A stretch of 64,000 nucleotides of DNA from Terriglobia bacterium. GTDB lineage: Bacteria > Acidobacteriota > Terriglobia > Acidiferrales > UBA7541. The stretch is from contig OY968796.1 in the NCBI GenBank assembly GCA_963695545.1, forward strand, positions 128,001 to 192,000, written 5' to 3'. The notes below the pieces were generated by a model. That model saw only the letters and a program-made list of their open reading frames with translations. It did not search any database and was not told the DNA's origin. Both the position numbers and the translations under genes were made by a program. This document shows positions 9,265-18,645 of this stretch, one piece after another. Position 1 is the first letter of the stretch. Every line of letters starts with the position of its first letter.

Positions 9265-11397
9265 ATGCCAAAAGACATCACTCGCCGTCAATTCGTCGCA
9301 ACCGCGCTTTCCAGCGCCGCGATTTCATCCTTGGCTCTCGCCAAAGGAACTTCCGCGGATGCCGCTAATGCCGGCTCTGCTGCCGCCGCGTCACGGCCGC
9401 GCCAGGATGCCGCCGCTCCCGGCACAGACCAATATTCCTCCTGGCACGATCAGGGCGTTCTGAATCTCGCCCACTCGCCCTACGCCAAGCTGCATAGCGT
9501 CCCCGTCCGCGCTGTCACCATCGAAACTGGTTTCTGGGCCGCGCGCCGCGACGCCACCTTCTCGCAAAGCATTCCCACCATGCACGATCTCCTCGAATCC
9601 CATGGCCGCATGGATAATTTCCGCCGCCTGGTCGGCAAAAGCGACGCGCCGCAAATCGGGCCGGTCTATTCCGATTCCGACGTCTACAAATGGACCGAAG
9701 CAGTGGCCTTCACTCTTCAGTCCGGAGATCGCCCCGAGCTGCACAAAACCGCCGCGGACATCATCGACCTGATTGTCGCGGTGCAAAAACCGAACGGTTA
9801 CATCAACACGTATTTCGTCGGCGACCGCGCCGCTCTGAGCATGACTCCCGATACACAGCAGTCCGGCCACGAGCTCTATTGCCTCGGACACATGTTGCAA
9901 GGTGCCATCGCTTACTACCGCGCCACAGGCGACCGCAAGTGGCTCGACGCCGGAACACGAATGGTGGATGACTTCCTGATGCCCAGTTACGGCCCCGCGC
10001 CGAAGTTGCCCATCATCGCCGGCCACCCCGAAATCGAAATGTCGCTCATCGAGCTCTATCGCATCACCGGCGACAAACGGCAACTCGATCTCGCCGGTTA
10101 CATCCTCAACGGCGACGACCGCATCAAGTTCCCACGCCAGGCCAACATTTATTTGTTCTGCGGCACGCCCTTCATCGAACGCACTCAAATCGAAGGTCAC
10201 GCCGTGCGCGCCATGTACGCGTGCTCGGGCGCCGCCGACTACTATCTAGAAACCGGCGACCCCGCTTATTGGAAGACGCTGAATGTTCTGTGGGAAAGCA
10301 TGGCGGGTTCAAAAATGTACGTCACCGGCGGCCTCGGCGCGCGCGCGCAGGGAGAATCCTTTGGCGCCGCCTACGACCTGCCGAATGCCAGCGCCTACGC
10401 CGAAACCTGCGCCGCGATCGGCAACATGATGTGGAATTGGCGTCTGCTCGCCGCCACCGGCGACGCAAAATTCACCGACGTCCTCGAACGCGCGCTCTAC
10501 AACGGCGTCAATTCCGGAATGTCGCTCAGCGGCACGCTCTATTGCTACACCAATCCGCTGGCCTTCGATCCTTCCGCCGGCATCACCATTCGCAACCCCT
10601 GGTACAACACGGATTGCTGTCCGCCGAATTTCGAGCGCACGATGGCTTCCCTTCCCGGCTATTTCTACAGCACCGCGAGCGACGGCCTCTACGTTCATCT
10701 CTACGATAATTCCTCGCTCGATTGGCATCTCGAAGACGGCACGCCTCTCAAGGTCACGCAAAAAACAAATATGCCGTGGGATGGAGACGTCGAAATCACC
10801 GTGGCGCCCGCCCAGCCAACTGACTTCACGTTTTATCTGCGCATTCCCGGCTGGGCCGGCGACACCACACGCGTCGCCGTCAACGGCAAGCTTGTCTCGG
10901 GAGCAATGCCCGGCACGTATCTCCCGATCCATCGCCACTGGTCTTCAGGCGATGTAATTCAAGTGCGTTTCCCCATGACGCCACAGCCGCTTTCAGCCAA
11001 TCCCCACGTTGCCGACGACACCGGCCGCGTCGCCATCCAGCGCGGTCCCTTGGTCTATTGCCTCGAGCAGCTCGATCAGCCCGCCGAGGTGGATCTCACC
11101 GACAATTCACTCGCGGTCCGCATGAGGCCCGGCGCCGAATTCACTAGCGAAGTCAGAGAAGATTTCCTGGGCGGGATTGTCGTTCTGCATCGAGACGGCG
11201 TAGTCGCGGAATCGCACTCGCCGCAAGGCTCGCCAAATTCCAAAGCCGCACCTGCGCCACTCTACGGTCCATATCAAGATCAGGAAGCCAACGCGCGGTA
11301 TAGCCACACCGTACAGCTAACGTTCATTCCCTACTACGTGTGGGCCAACCGCGAGCCCAGCCAAATGCAGGTCTGGACTCCGGTCTCAAAGGTATAA
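9265..11397 (+). CDS. Tat-exported glycoside hydrolase family 127 (beta-L-arabinofuranosidase-like)
   Basis: TRRQF Tat motif; DSDVYKW, HELYCLGH, GHAVRA, ETCAAIG, CCPPN and QRGPLVYCLE motifs. Confidence 0.92.
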   Translation: MPKDITRRQFVATALSSAAISSLALAKGTSADAANAGSAAAASRPRQDAAAPGTDQYSSWHDQGVLNLAHSPYAKLHSVPVRAVTIETGFWAARRDATFSQSIPTMHDLLESHGRMDNFRRLVGKSDAPQIGPVYSDSDVYKWTEAVAFTLQSGDRPELHKTAADIIDLIVAVQKPNGYINTYFVGDRAALSMTPDTQQSGHELYCLGHMLQGAIAYYRATGDRKWLDAGTRMVDDFLMPSYGPAPKLPIIAGHPEIEMSLIELYRITGDKRQLDLAGYILNGDDRIKFPRQANIYLFCGTPFIERTQIEGHAVRAMYACSGAADYYLETGDPAYWKTLNVLWESMAGSKMYVTGGLGARAQGESFGAAYDLPNASAYAETCAAIGNMMWNWRLLAATGDAKFTDVLERALYNGVNSGMSLSGTLYCYTNPLAFDPSAGITIRNPWYNTDCCPPNFERTMASLPGYFYSTASDGLYVHLYDNSSLDWHLEDGTPLKVTQKTNMPWDGDVEITVAPAQPTDFTFYLRIPGWAGDTTRVAVNGKLVSGAMPGTYLPIHRHWSSGDVIQVRFPMTPQPLSANPHVADDTGRVAIQRGPLVYCLEQLDQPAEVDLTDNSLAVRMRPGAEFTSEVREDFLGGIVVLHRDGVVAESHSPQGSPNSKAAPAPLYGPYQDQEANARYSHTVQLTFIPYYVWANREPSQMQVWTPVSKV

Positions 11398-11436
11398 GTC
11401 GCGCGAAGGTAGACAAACGAAGGTACAGAGAGGATC

Positions 11437-11508
11437 GTTCGCGACCAACGCGCTGGGGCGTACGGTTTTTCCCGTGTGCCCCACGCGTCGGTTTTACGCG
11501 CGGGGATT
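11437..11508. repeat. REP-like palindromes between convergent genes
   Basis: tgccccacgcgtcggttttacgcgcgggga hairpin with a degenerate inverted partner at about 11437-11461. Confidence 0.5.
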
Positions 11509-11543
11509 TTCGGTCCCGTTCCCTGCGCCGATGCTGCACTACC

Positions 11544-12128
11544 TCAGCGAAGCGCCGGCGCCGCTTCCGATGGTTTGCCCGCAGCCACAGTCCGCGGCTT
11601 GTTCCACGGCATTTTCCCCAGCAGCGTTGCCATCATGCAGATGTTGCTGATCCCCGCGAAGGTCAAACCCGCGCCGACAAAAATCGTCCCCGCGAAAAAC
11701 CATCGCGACACCGTCAATCCCAAAATCGCCGTAATCACAACCAAGCTCCCTGCAATCGTGCGCACCTGCCGTTCGAGCGACCACACCTTCGTCTCCAGCC
11801 GATCCAGCGGCAATCCCGAAGCGCGCCACGCGTCGATTCCGCCCGCGAGATTCGCCACGTTCGCAAACCCCGCTGCCGACATCTGTCGCGCAGCCGTCAT
11901 GCTCCGCTGGCCGACCTTGCACACGAAGATGTACTCCGCATTGCGATCCCAATTCTCCGCCGCCCGCTTCAGCGTCGATAGCGGCACCAACCGCGATTTC
12001 GATATGGCTCCCGCCGCAAACTCCGGATATTCGCGCACGTCGATCACCACGGCGTCCCGCAATTCCGCAACCCGCTCAGGTGTCAATTCCTGGATCATCG
12101 CGGCCTCCGATTCCACAACGCGCGCCAT
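11544..12128 (-). CDS. rhodanese domain plus DUF2892-type membrane protein (YgaP-like)
   Basis: IDVREYPEF, active-site loop CKVGQRS, LAGGIDAW, SLERQVR..GLTFAGISNICMM. Confidence 0.88.
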   Translation of the reverse strand: MARVVESEAAMIQELTPERVAELRDAVVIDVREYPEFAAGAISKSRLVPLSTLKRAAENWDRNAEYIFVCKVGQRSMTAARQMSAAGFANVANLAGGIDAWRASGLPLDRLETKVWSLERQVRTIAGSLVVITAILGLTVSRWFFAGTIFVGAGLTFAGISNICMMATLLGKMPWNKPRTVAAGKPSEAAPALR

Positions 12129-12159
12129 GGCGCGCCGCAACTCGAATTATCCTACCATC

Positions 12160-15100
12160 TCAATCGCCCGTCGCAGAAGCCTGCGGCAGATCCCGCTCGA
12201 GCCAATAGCTTGCCAACACCGGAATCAGCAAGAGTATCGCGAATGGCGCCGTGATCATGCCTCCCACAACGACTCGCGCCAGCGGCTGCTGGGCCTGCAC
12301 GCCGATCCCGCTCGAAATCGCCGCCGGCAGCAATCCGAATCCCGCCGCTGCGCAGGCCATGGCCACCGGCCGCATCTCGGCCAGCGCGCCTTGCTCGATC
12401 GCCGCGTGCATCGAAGCCGCGCCCTTCTCCTTGCGCCGGATGCCCGAGACGAACACCACGCCACCCAGCGTGCACACCCCGATGATTGACGCAAATCCCA
12501 CCGCCGCGGAAATACTGAACGGCGTCCCCGTCACCACCAGCGAAAGCAAACCGCCGCACGCCGCGAACGGCAGCATCACCAGCACCAGCAGCGCGTGCCG
12601 CAACGAATTGAACGCCGTGAACAACAACCCGAAAATCACGAGCAACGTAAGCGGAAGCACAATCGCGAGGCGCCGCTGCTCCTTCCGCAAGCTGTCGTAC
12701 TCGCCCGCCCATTCGTAGTGGTAGCCCTCGGGCAAATGAATCTGCTGCCTAAGTCGCCTCTGCATTTCTTCGATCGTGCTCGAAAGGTCTCGGCCGCGCA
12801 CGCTGAACTTCACTGGAATGTAACGCCGTCCATTTTCGCGATAGATCATGAACGCGCCTTCGTGCAGCGAGACGTCGGCGACTTGTCCCAATGGAACGCT
12901 GCTCCCACTCGGTGTGGGAAGAAGGATGTTGCGAATCTCCTCGGGCGTCGTGCGAAATCCGGGCTGATAACGGATCACGAAGTCGAACCGGCGGTCGCCT
13001 TCCAGAATTTGCGTCGCGGCGATGCCTCCGATGGCGGCCTGCACCGCGCTGTCAACGTCCGATGCCATCAGTCCGTAGCGCGCGCTCGCCGCGCGATCGA
13101 TCGAGATGAGCAGTTCGGGCTGTCCGGTCTCTTGGAACACGGCCAGGTCGGCGACGCCAGGTACGGTGGCCATCACGTCGCGAATCTCTCCGGCTTTTTC
13201 CACGAGCACGTCGATGTCATCGCCGAAAAGTTTCAGCGAATTCTCGCCCTTCACGCCCGACATGGCTTCTTCGACGTTGTCTTCGATGTTCTGCGAAAAA
13301 TTGAAGTCCACGCCCGGAAATTTTTCAAGCTCGCTGTCCATTTGGTTCACAAGCTTGTCCTTGGCCAGACCCGACGGCCAATCGCCCGGACTCTTGAGCG
13401 CAACCATGAACTCGATGTTGTTGAACGTGGTGACGTCCGTCCCATCGTCCGGCCGGCCCATCTGCGAAACGACTTCGGTGACTTCCGGATATTTCAGCAG
13501 GATCTCGCGGATGTCGTGCGCCATGCGCGCCCCGTCTTCGTACGAAGCATCCTGCGGCAGCGTCGCGCGTACCCACAAATTCCCTTCCTCGAGCTTGGGC
13601 ATGAATTCCCCGCCGACTCCGGTGCCCAACACCAGCGTGAACGCAAGCGCCGCGCCGGCAACGGCCAGCGTCGTTTTGCGGTGCGTGAGCACCCACCCGA
13701 GCATGCGCTCGTATCCGCGATACAACCAGGAGACCACGTGTGTCGGGGCGTTGCGAATTCGCTCCCGCCGAATCCACGAAGCCAGCACCGGCGCGAAGAT
13801 CACCGCAAAAATCAACGCGCCCACGAGCGCGAAACCGTAGGTTTCCGACATCGGCGCAAAAATTTGTCCCGGCACGCCCTGCATCGTAAATAACGGAATC
13901 AGCGCGACGATGATCACCAACACCGAAAACAGCACTGGCCGCACCGCTTCGGCGGTGGCGTCCGCAACCACTTCTCGCGTCGACGCATTCGGCGGCGATT
14001 GTTGCAGGCGCCGATACACGTTCTCAAGCACGATCACCGAAGCGTCCACCAGAATGCCGAAGTCGATCGCGCCAATCGAAATCAGATTCGCCGAGCCGCC
14101 GGTCAAAACCATCAGCGCAAATGCAAACAGGAGAGAGCACGGAATGGTCAGCGCAGCCATCAGAGAAACCGGCACGTCGCCCAAAAACACAATGAGCACG
14201 GCCGTCACCAGGATCAATCCCTCGATCACGATGTCGCGCACGGTCGCCGTCGTCACGTGAATCAAATTGGTGCGATCGTACAGCGTGATCAATTTCATCC
14301 CGCGCGGAAGCAATCCGCCGTTCAGCTCCGCCACTTTCTGCTCGAGCGCGCGCAACGCGGGCAAGGATTGCTCGCCGCGCTGCAACAGCACGATCCCCTG
14401 TACGGCGTCGTCGTCGTGATCCACACCCACTTGGCCGAGTCTGGGTTCCGAGCCCTCGTGCACGTCGGCGACATCGCGCAAGAAAACGGGAACGCCGTTG
14501 CGCTCAGTGATCAGGACGTCCTGCATCTCGGGAATGGTTTGCAGCAGGCCGAGACCCCGCACGTTCACGCTCTGGCTGCCCATGGTGAGATAGCTGCCGC
14601 CCGCGTTGGCGTTGCTGGCGCTCACGGCGGCGACAACTTGCGGCAACGTCACGTTGTACTGCAAGAGTTTGCGCGGATCGACTTCGGCGGAGTATTCGCG
14701 CGTGGTGCCGCCGAACGACGCGACGTCAATAATTCCGGACACTTCTTTGATTTCGCGCGTAACGAACCAGTCTTGCGTGGCCTTCAGTTCGTTGAGCGAA
14801 TATTCGGGGCCATACAAACGATAGCGGTAGATTTCGCCGACCGGCGATTCCGGCGAAAGTTGCGGCGAGACGTTGCCGGGCAGCGTGGCCAGTTGCAGGC
14901 GATTCAGAACCTCCTGGCGGTCCCATTTGTAGTCGCTGTCGTAATCGAAGTAGAGCTTGACGTCGCTCAAACCAAAAATCGAAATGGAGCGCACATACGT
15001 AAGCTTGGGAATTCCGAACAGAACCGTCTCGATCGGCACGGTCACTTGCCGCTCCATTTCCTCCGCGGACCACGAAGGATTCTGGGTGATTACTTCGACC

Positions 15101-15234
15101 AGAGGAGGCGAAGGGTCGGGATAAGCTTCGATATCGAGGCGCAGGAAAAAATAAATTCCCGCCGCGATCCACGCGAAAAGCGCCACGATCACGAGCGGGC
15201 GATAGCGCAACAGAGCGGCGATGAAATTGCGCAT
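12160..15234 (-). CDS. CusA/CzcA family heavy-metal RND permease
   Basis: LDIEAYPD, GAIDFGILVD, EFMPKLEEG, RPVAM..QQPLARVVVGG; 1024 aa. Confidence 0.95.
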   Translation of the reverse strand: MRNFIAALLRYRPLVIVALFAWIAAGIYFFLRLDIEAYPDPSPPLVEVITQNPSWSAEEMERQVTVPIETVLFGIPKLTYVRSISIFGLSDVKLYFDYDSDYKWDRQEVLNRLQLATLPGNVSPQLSPESPVGEIYRYRLYGPEYSLNELKATQDWFVTREIKEVSGIIDVASFGGTTREYSAEVDPRKLLQYNVTLPQVVAAVSASNANAGGSYLTMGSQSVNVRGLGLLQTIPEMQDVLITERNGVPVFLRDVADVHEGSEPRLGQVGVDHDDDAVQGIVLLQRGEQSLPALRALEQKVAELNGGLLPRGMKLITLYDRTNLIHVTTATVRDIVIEGLILVTAVLIVFLGDVPVSLMAALTIPCSLLFAFALMVLTGGSANLISIGAIDFGILVDASVIVLENVYRRLQQSPPNASTREVVADATAEAVRPVLFSVLVIIVALIPLFTMQGVPGQIFAPMSETYGFALVGALIFAVIFAPVLASWIRRERIRNAPTHVVSWLYRGYERMLGWVLTHRKTTLAVAGAALAFTLVLGTGVGGEFMPKLEEGNLWVRATLPQDASYEDGARMAHDIREILLKYPEVTEVVSQMGRPDDGTDVTTFNNIEFMVALKSPGDWPSGLAKDKLVNQMDSELEKFPGVDFNFSQNIEDNVEEAMSGVKGENSLKLFGDDIDVLVEKAGEIRDVMATVPGVADLAVFQETGQPELLISIDRAASARYGLMASDVDSAVQAAIGGIAATQILEGDRRFDFVIRYQPGFRTTPEEIRNILLPTPSGSSVPLGQVADVSLHEGAFMIYRENGRRYIPVKFSVRGRDLSSTIEEMQRRLRQQIHLPEGYHYEWAGEYDSLRKEQRRLAIVLPLTLLVIFGLLFTAFNSLRHALLVLVMLPFAACGGLLSLVVTGTPFSISAAVGFASIIGVCTLGGVVFVSGIRRKEKGAASMHAAIEQGALAEMRPVAMACAAAGFGLLPAAISSGIGVQAQQPLARVVVGGMITAPFAILLLIPVLASYWLERDLPQASATGD

Positions 15235-15240
15235 CGGGAT

Positions 15241-16377
15241 TTATTCCTGCGGCGCCGCGCGCAGCAGCAGCGCGCCTTCGGAAACCACCGTATCGCCGGG
15301 ATTGATTCCGGAAACGATTTCAAGCGAGCCATCGACCGCGCGTCCGAGCTTCACGTCGCGGCGCGCGTAGCGATTATTTCCGACGCCCACAAACACGTAA
15401 GCGCCGCTGCCTTCACGGATCACGGCGGCGGACGGTAGCAGGATTCCCGGTGAAGCAGAACGCAACAACCGGATCGTGCCGAACAGCGAGGGCTTCAACT
15501 CGCCTCTCGGATTTTCGAGCACCACGCGGACTTGCAACGCGCGCGTGACGGCGTCGACTGCGTCGGAGACGCCGCTGACGCGCCCATTCCACACCTCGCC
15601 CGGATACGCGTCCAGCGTCACCTGCGCTTGCTGGCCCGCCTTCGCCGCGGCCAGATCTTTCTCGTAGATATCGCCGACAGCCCAAACGGTCGAAATATCC
15701 GCGATCGTGCAAAGTGGCGCGGGCGCCGCCAGAGCGTTGGAATATTCGCCGGGCGCGGCGCCGACATCCAAAATTACGCCGCCGCGTGGCGCGACGACAT
15801 TCAGTCGATTGCTCGCGTGATCCGGATCCATTCCGAGTTCGCGAATCTGATCGCGCGTAGCCACAAGTTCCGCAGCGGCCATCTGCGCGTCGCCTTGCGC
15901 TTGCTGTAAATCTTTTTCGGCAATGGCCTGATGATCGTAAAGATCGCGCGCGCGCACGAGTTCATCCTGTTTCACCTGATTGTCAGCTTGCGCCTTGTGA
16001 TAGTCCGCGACGGCGCGCGCAAGGTCGCCGCTCTCGATCACCGCGAGCGTTTGTCCCTTTTCCACGCGATCCCAGGGACGAACTTTCATTTCAATGATCC
16101 GGCCGGTGGCGGGCGGATAGACGTGAACCACGAGCGTTGGATCCGGATCGATGTGCGCGGGCAATTCGAGATATTCGGGAATCGGAGATTCCGCCACTTT
16201 CACGGTCTGAATGCCGCGCGCATCGGGGGCAACGTACTCGCCGGCGCTTCCAGCGGAATCCGCCGCGCTTGCATCGGCCTGAGACTGCACACCCGCGCCG
16301 GCGGAGCCGCCGCAGCCAACGGCGAGAAAAGCGGCGATCAATCCCACACATCCGAGGAACCACGCCCGTGCTTTCAT
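15241..16377 (-). CDS. RND periplasmic adaptor subunit (lipoprotein)
   Basis: start MKARAW, lipobox AVGC, barrel-sandwich RVEKGQTLA, IADISTVW. Confidence 0.92.
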   Translation of the reverse strand: MKARAWFLGCVGLIAAFLAVGCGGSAGAGVQSQADASAADSAGSAGEYVAPDARGIQTVKVAESPIPEYLELPAHIDPDPTLVVHVYPPATGRIIEMKVRPWDRVEKGQTLAVIESGDLARAVADYHKAQADNQVKQDELVRARDLYDHQAIAEKDLQQAQGDAQMAAAELVATRDQIRELGMDPDHASNRLNVVAPRGGVILDVGAAPGEYSNALAAPAPLCTIADISTVWAVGDIYEKDLAAAKAGQQAQVTLDAYPGEVWNGRVSGVSDAVDAVTRALQVRVVLENPRGELKPSLFGTIRLLRSASPGILLPSAAVIREGSGAYVFVGVGNNRYARRDVKLGRAVDGSLEIVSGINPGDTVVSEGALLLRAAPQE

Positions 16378-16420
16378 GAAAGAAACTCCGTTGCGGCAAG
16401 CCGCGTGAATAATATTGACG

Positions 16421-17011
16421 CTATTTGCGATGTCTAAAAATGCCAAAGGCCACGCGCATCTGAAAAGTATTGACGCCGGGGTTCGATTGCGTGAGCCCCG
16501 CGTCCGAAATATGCATATATCGAAACTCCGCGCTCCAGTTGTATTTGCCGGCCAGAAAATAGACGCCCGTGGCGCCACCCGAGGCGAAATTTACCCGCGA
16601 GACTTCCGGAGGCACGTCGCGGTTTGTAAACAACGATCCACCGCTGAACTCGAAATAGGGGACGACACGACGGCGCTCTCGGAAGTCCCACTTGAAGACG
16701 AACGGATCGAGCACAACCCCGTAAGCTGTTCCGCCGGGCTCAAAGACGCAGAATACCGGTGCGACATCCACGGCAAATTCAAGTTGGCTGCGCAGGATTC
16801 CTGGACCATGCGGGCCGGTGAGAATCCAGCCGTAGCGCAGGCCGAAGTTCAAAGTACCAACGTCCCTCACGCCGACGTTCCCGATGCGTGCGCTGTCGCC
16901 GCCGCCGGCCCACAATTCCAGTTCGCGGTCTCCTTGCAAGGGCCCGGATTGCGACATCGCAGGCGAGGCATACAAGAGAAGTAGCAGCAGCGATCCGGCC
17001 AGATATTTCAC
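16421..17011 (-). CDS. PagL-like acyloxyacyl hydrolase outer-membrane barrel
   Basis: signal peptide; RYMHISDAGL..NPGVN resembles the PagL His-x-Ser catalytic motif. Confidence 0.8.
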   Translation of the reverse strand: MKYLAGSLLLLLLYASPAMSQSGPLQGDRELELWAGGGDSARIGNVGVRDVGTLNFGLRYGWILTGPHGPGILRSQLEFAVDVAPVFCVFEPGGTAYGVVLDPFVFKWDFRERRRVVPYFEFSGGSLFTNRDVPPEVSRVNFASGGATGVYFLAGKYNWSAEFRYMHISDAGLTQSNPGVNTFQMRVAFGIFRHRK

Positions 17012-17210
17012 CGATTGCTCCTCGTCGTTTTCGGGAACGATGGAGTTCTGAATGCGTCGGTCGCATTCCGGATTCTTGCGCGAGGCGGCAGATCAGAACA
17101 GTAGCGCCGGCGCCCAGCGAACCATCAGACGTAACCGGCACAATGATTCTTCTCGGGACGAATGAGAACGAAACTCCGGAGTGGACTCCGGCGTATCGAG
17201 AGCGGAATGC

Positions 17211-17633
17211 TTAGAGGTTGGCGGGGGGCGCGCGAGCGACCGAGCGATCGCCCGCGAGAAACGAAATCGCAGGTTGGGCCGAAGGCGCGATCGCCGCGGA
17301 GGTGTTCAGCGGATTCGGCGAATCAGCGCGTGCCGGCATGGCGACGCTTGCCGACGACGGCGCGCACCGACTGCCCGGCGCGCGGTTCGCGGAACACCGC
17401 AGCAGCGCAGTGCGGCGGCCGGTGGAGCAGCCGTCGCACAACAGAATTTCGGGGTGCAGATCGTCCGTCATGGAGACGACGTAAAACATCAGGATCATGA
17501 CGCAAACGAACGCGGTCCATTCCTGAAGAGGATTGCGCCGCGACGCGCCTTTCTCGCGCACCCAACGCCGCTGCCAGACGCATAGTGCGACGGCGACGAG
17601 TAACACCCAAACTAAATTGAGAAATGTTTCCAT
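17211..17633 (-). CDS. small membrane protein upstream of the RND locus
   Basis: METFLNLVW TM1, TM2 ending VSMTDDLH, Cys-containing tail ending RAPP. Confidence 0.7.
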   Translation of the reverse strand: METFLNLVWVLLVAVALCVWQRRWVREKGASRRNPLQEWTAFVCVMILMFYVVSMTDDLHPEILLCDGCSTGRRTALLRCSANRAPGSRCAPSSASVAMPARADSPNPLNTSAAIAPSAQPAISFLAGDRSVARAPPANL

Positions 17634-17648
17634 GGGCGGTCGATTAAC

Positions 17649-17712
17649 GCAATGCGCTCCGCGCTGCCTATTGAAGCAATGCGCTCCCCGCAGGGCGGTG
17701 AACTAATGCGCA
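17649..17712. promoter_or_regulatory. three direct AATGCGC repeats at 27-bp period
   Basis: AATGCGC at 17651, 17678, 17705; the first two extend to GCAATGCGCTCC. Confidence 0.4.
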
Positions 17713-17917
17713 CTGCGCGAGACCGACGCGCCAACACCACAAGCAACCGCTGGCAGTTCGTGCGCGCCGAAAATTCAATGTACCACCGCCGCCGATTGAC
17801 GGCAATCGTTTGAGTTCGCGGGCGTTACGCGAGAATTATCGGCGCCGCGCGAGCGGACGTGACGCGACTCGACGGATTCGATTGGTGAGAAGAAACGGGA
17901 AATTGTGACGCTGTCTG

Positions 17918-18391
17918 CTACTGCTGCTGCTCAGCAGTGGTGGTGTGGGTGTCCTTCGCGTCGGTTCGCGGGGTCATGGAAACGACGATGTACTCGCGTT
18001 CCTTCTGGCCGCTTTCGGGGTCGCGGAGGAACAGCGAACTCTTCTCGATCCTGAACTCGACGGCGTCACCGACGGGCAGGAGAATCGGATGCTTCGCATC
18101 CTTCAAGCGGATGTGGTAGACGATGCGGTCGGACTGAAGCACGTAGTCCTGGCAGAGAATTTGCTGCGTCGTTTTCTTCCCGGAATCGGTTCCGAGGATC
18201 TCGCCGGCGACGCTCTTCCCGCCGACCTCAGTCGAGCCGCACGCTTGCGAATCCATGGAGAGCAAAGTGCCGCGGTCGTAGACCGGATCCTTGGCCGATA
18301 GCGACGGCGCGACGGCGAGCAGCGAGACTCCGGCAAGAACGAAGACGATTCCCGCACGCGCGAATTGCAGCTTCACAGTGGAGTGGCTCAC
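17918..18391 (-). CDS. secreted hypothetical protein
   Basis: signal peptide ending SLSA-K, Cys pair, globular beta composition. Confidence 0.7.
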   Translation of the reverse strand: MSHSTVKLQFARAGIVFVLAGVSLLAVAPSLSAKDPVYDRGTLLSMDSQACGSTEVGGKSVAGEILGTDSGKKTTQQILCQDYVLQSDRIVYHIRLKDAKHPILLPVGDAVEFRIEKSSLFLRDPESGQKEREYIVVSMTPRTDAKDTHTTTAEQQQ

Positions 18392-18645
18392 GATTTTCGC
18401 CTCGCAGAATGTAATTAAAGCGCCCGTGGGACATCAAATGATTTAAGGCCCACAGGGACACACGAACGCGAATCACGTTTGCAATCGGGCAGCCACGCGC
18501 TAACCCTAGCGTTATCAGTGACTAACGAGGATCGCGAGAGGACCGGGGACACCCGGCGATGATCAGAAACGTAACGCATTCGGAAGAAAGGGCCCACCCA
18601 CAGCCGAGGCGGGCGTTTTGCGAGTAAGATAGAGGAATAGAATTT

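Noticed and set aside
8874..9368. 164-aa ORF over element copy 1 (likewise ORFs 21831..22223 and 21937..22233)
   Set aside because: The peptide repeats are translations of the DNA motif, and the frame is not conserved between copies. Treated as non-coding, though leaderless translation is not excluded.
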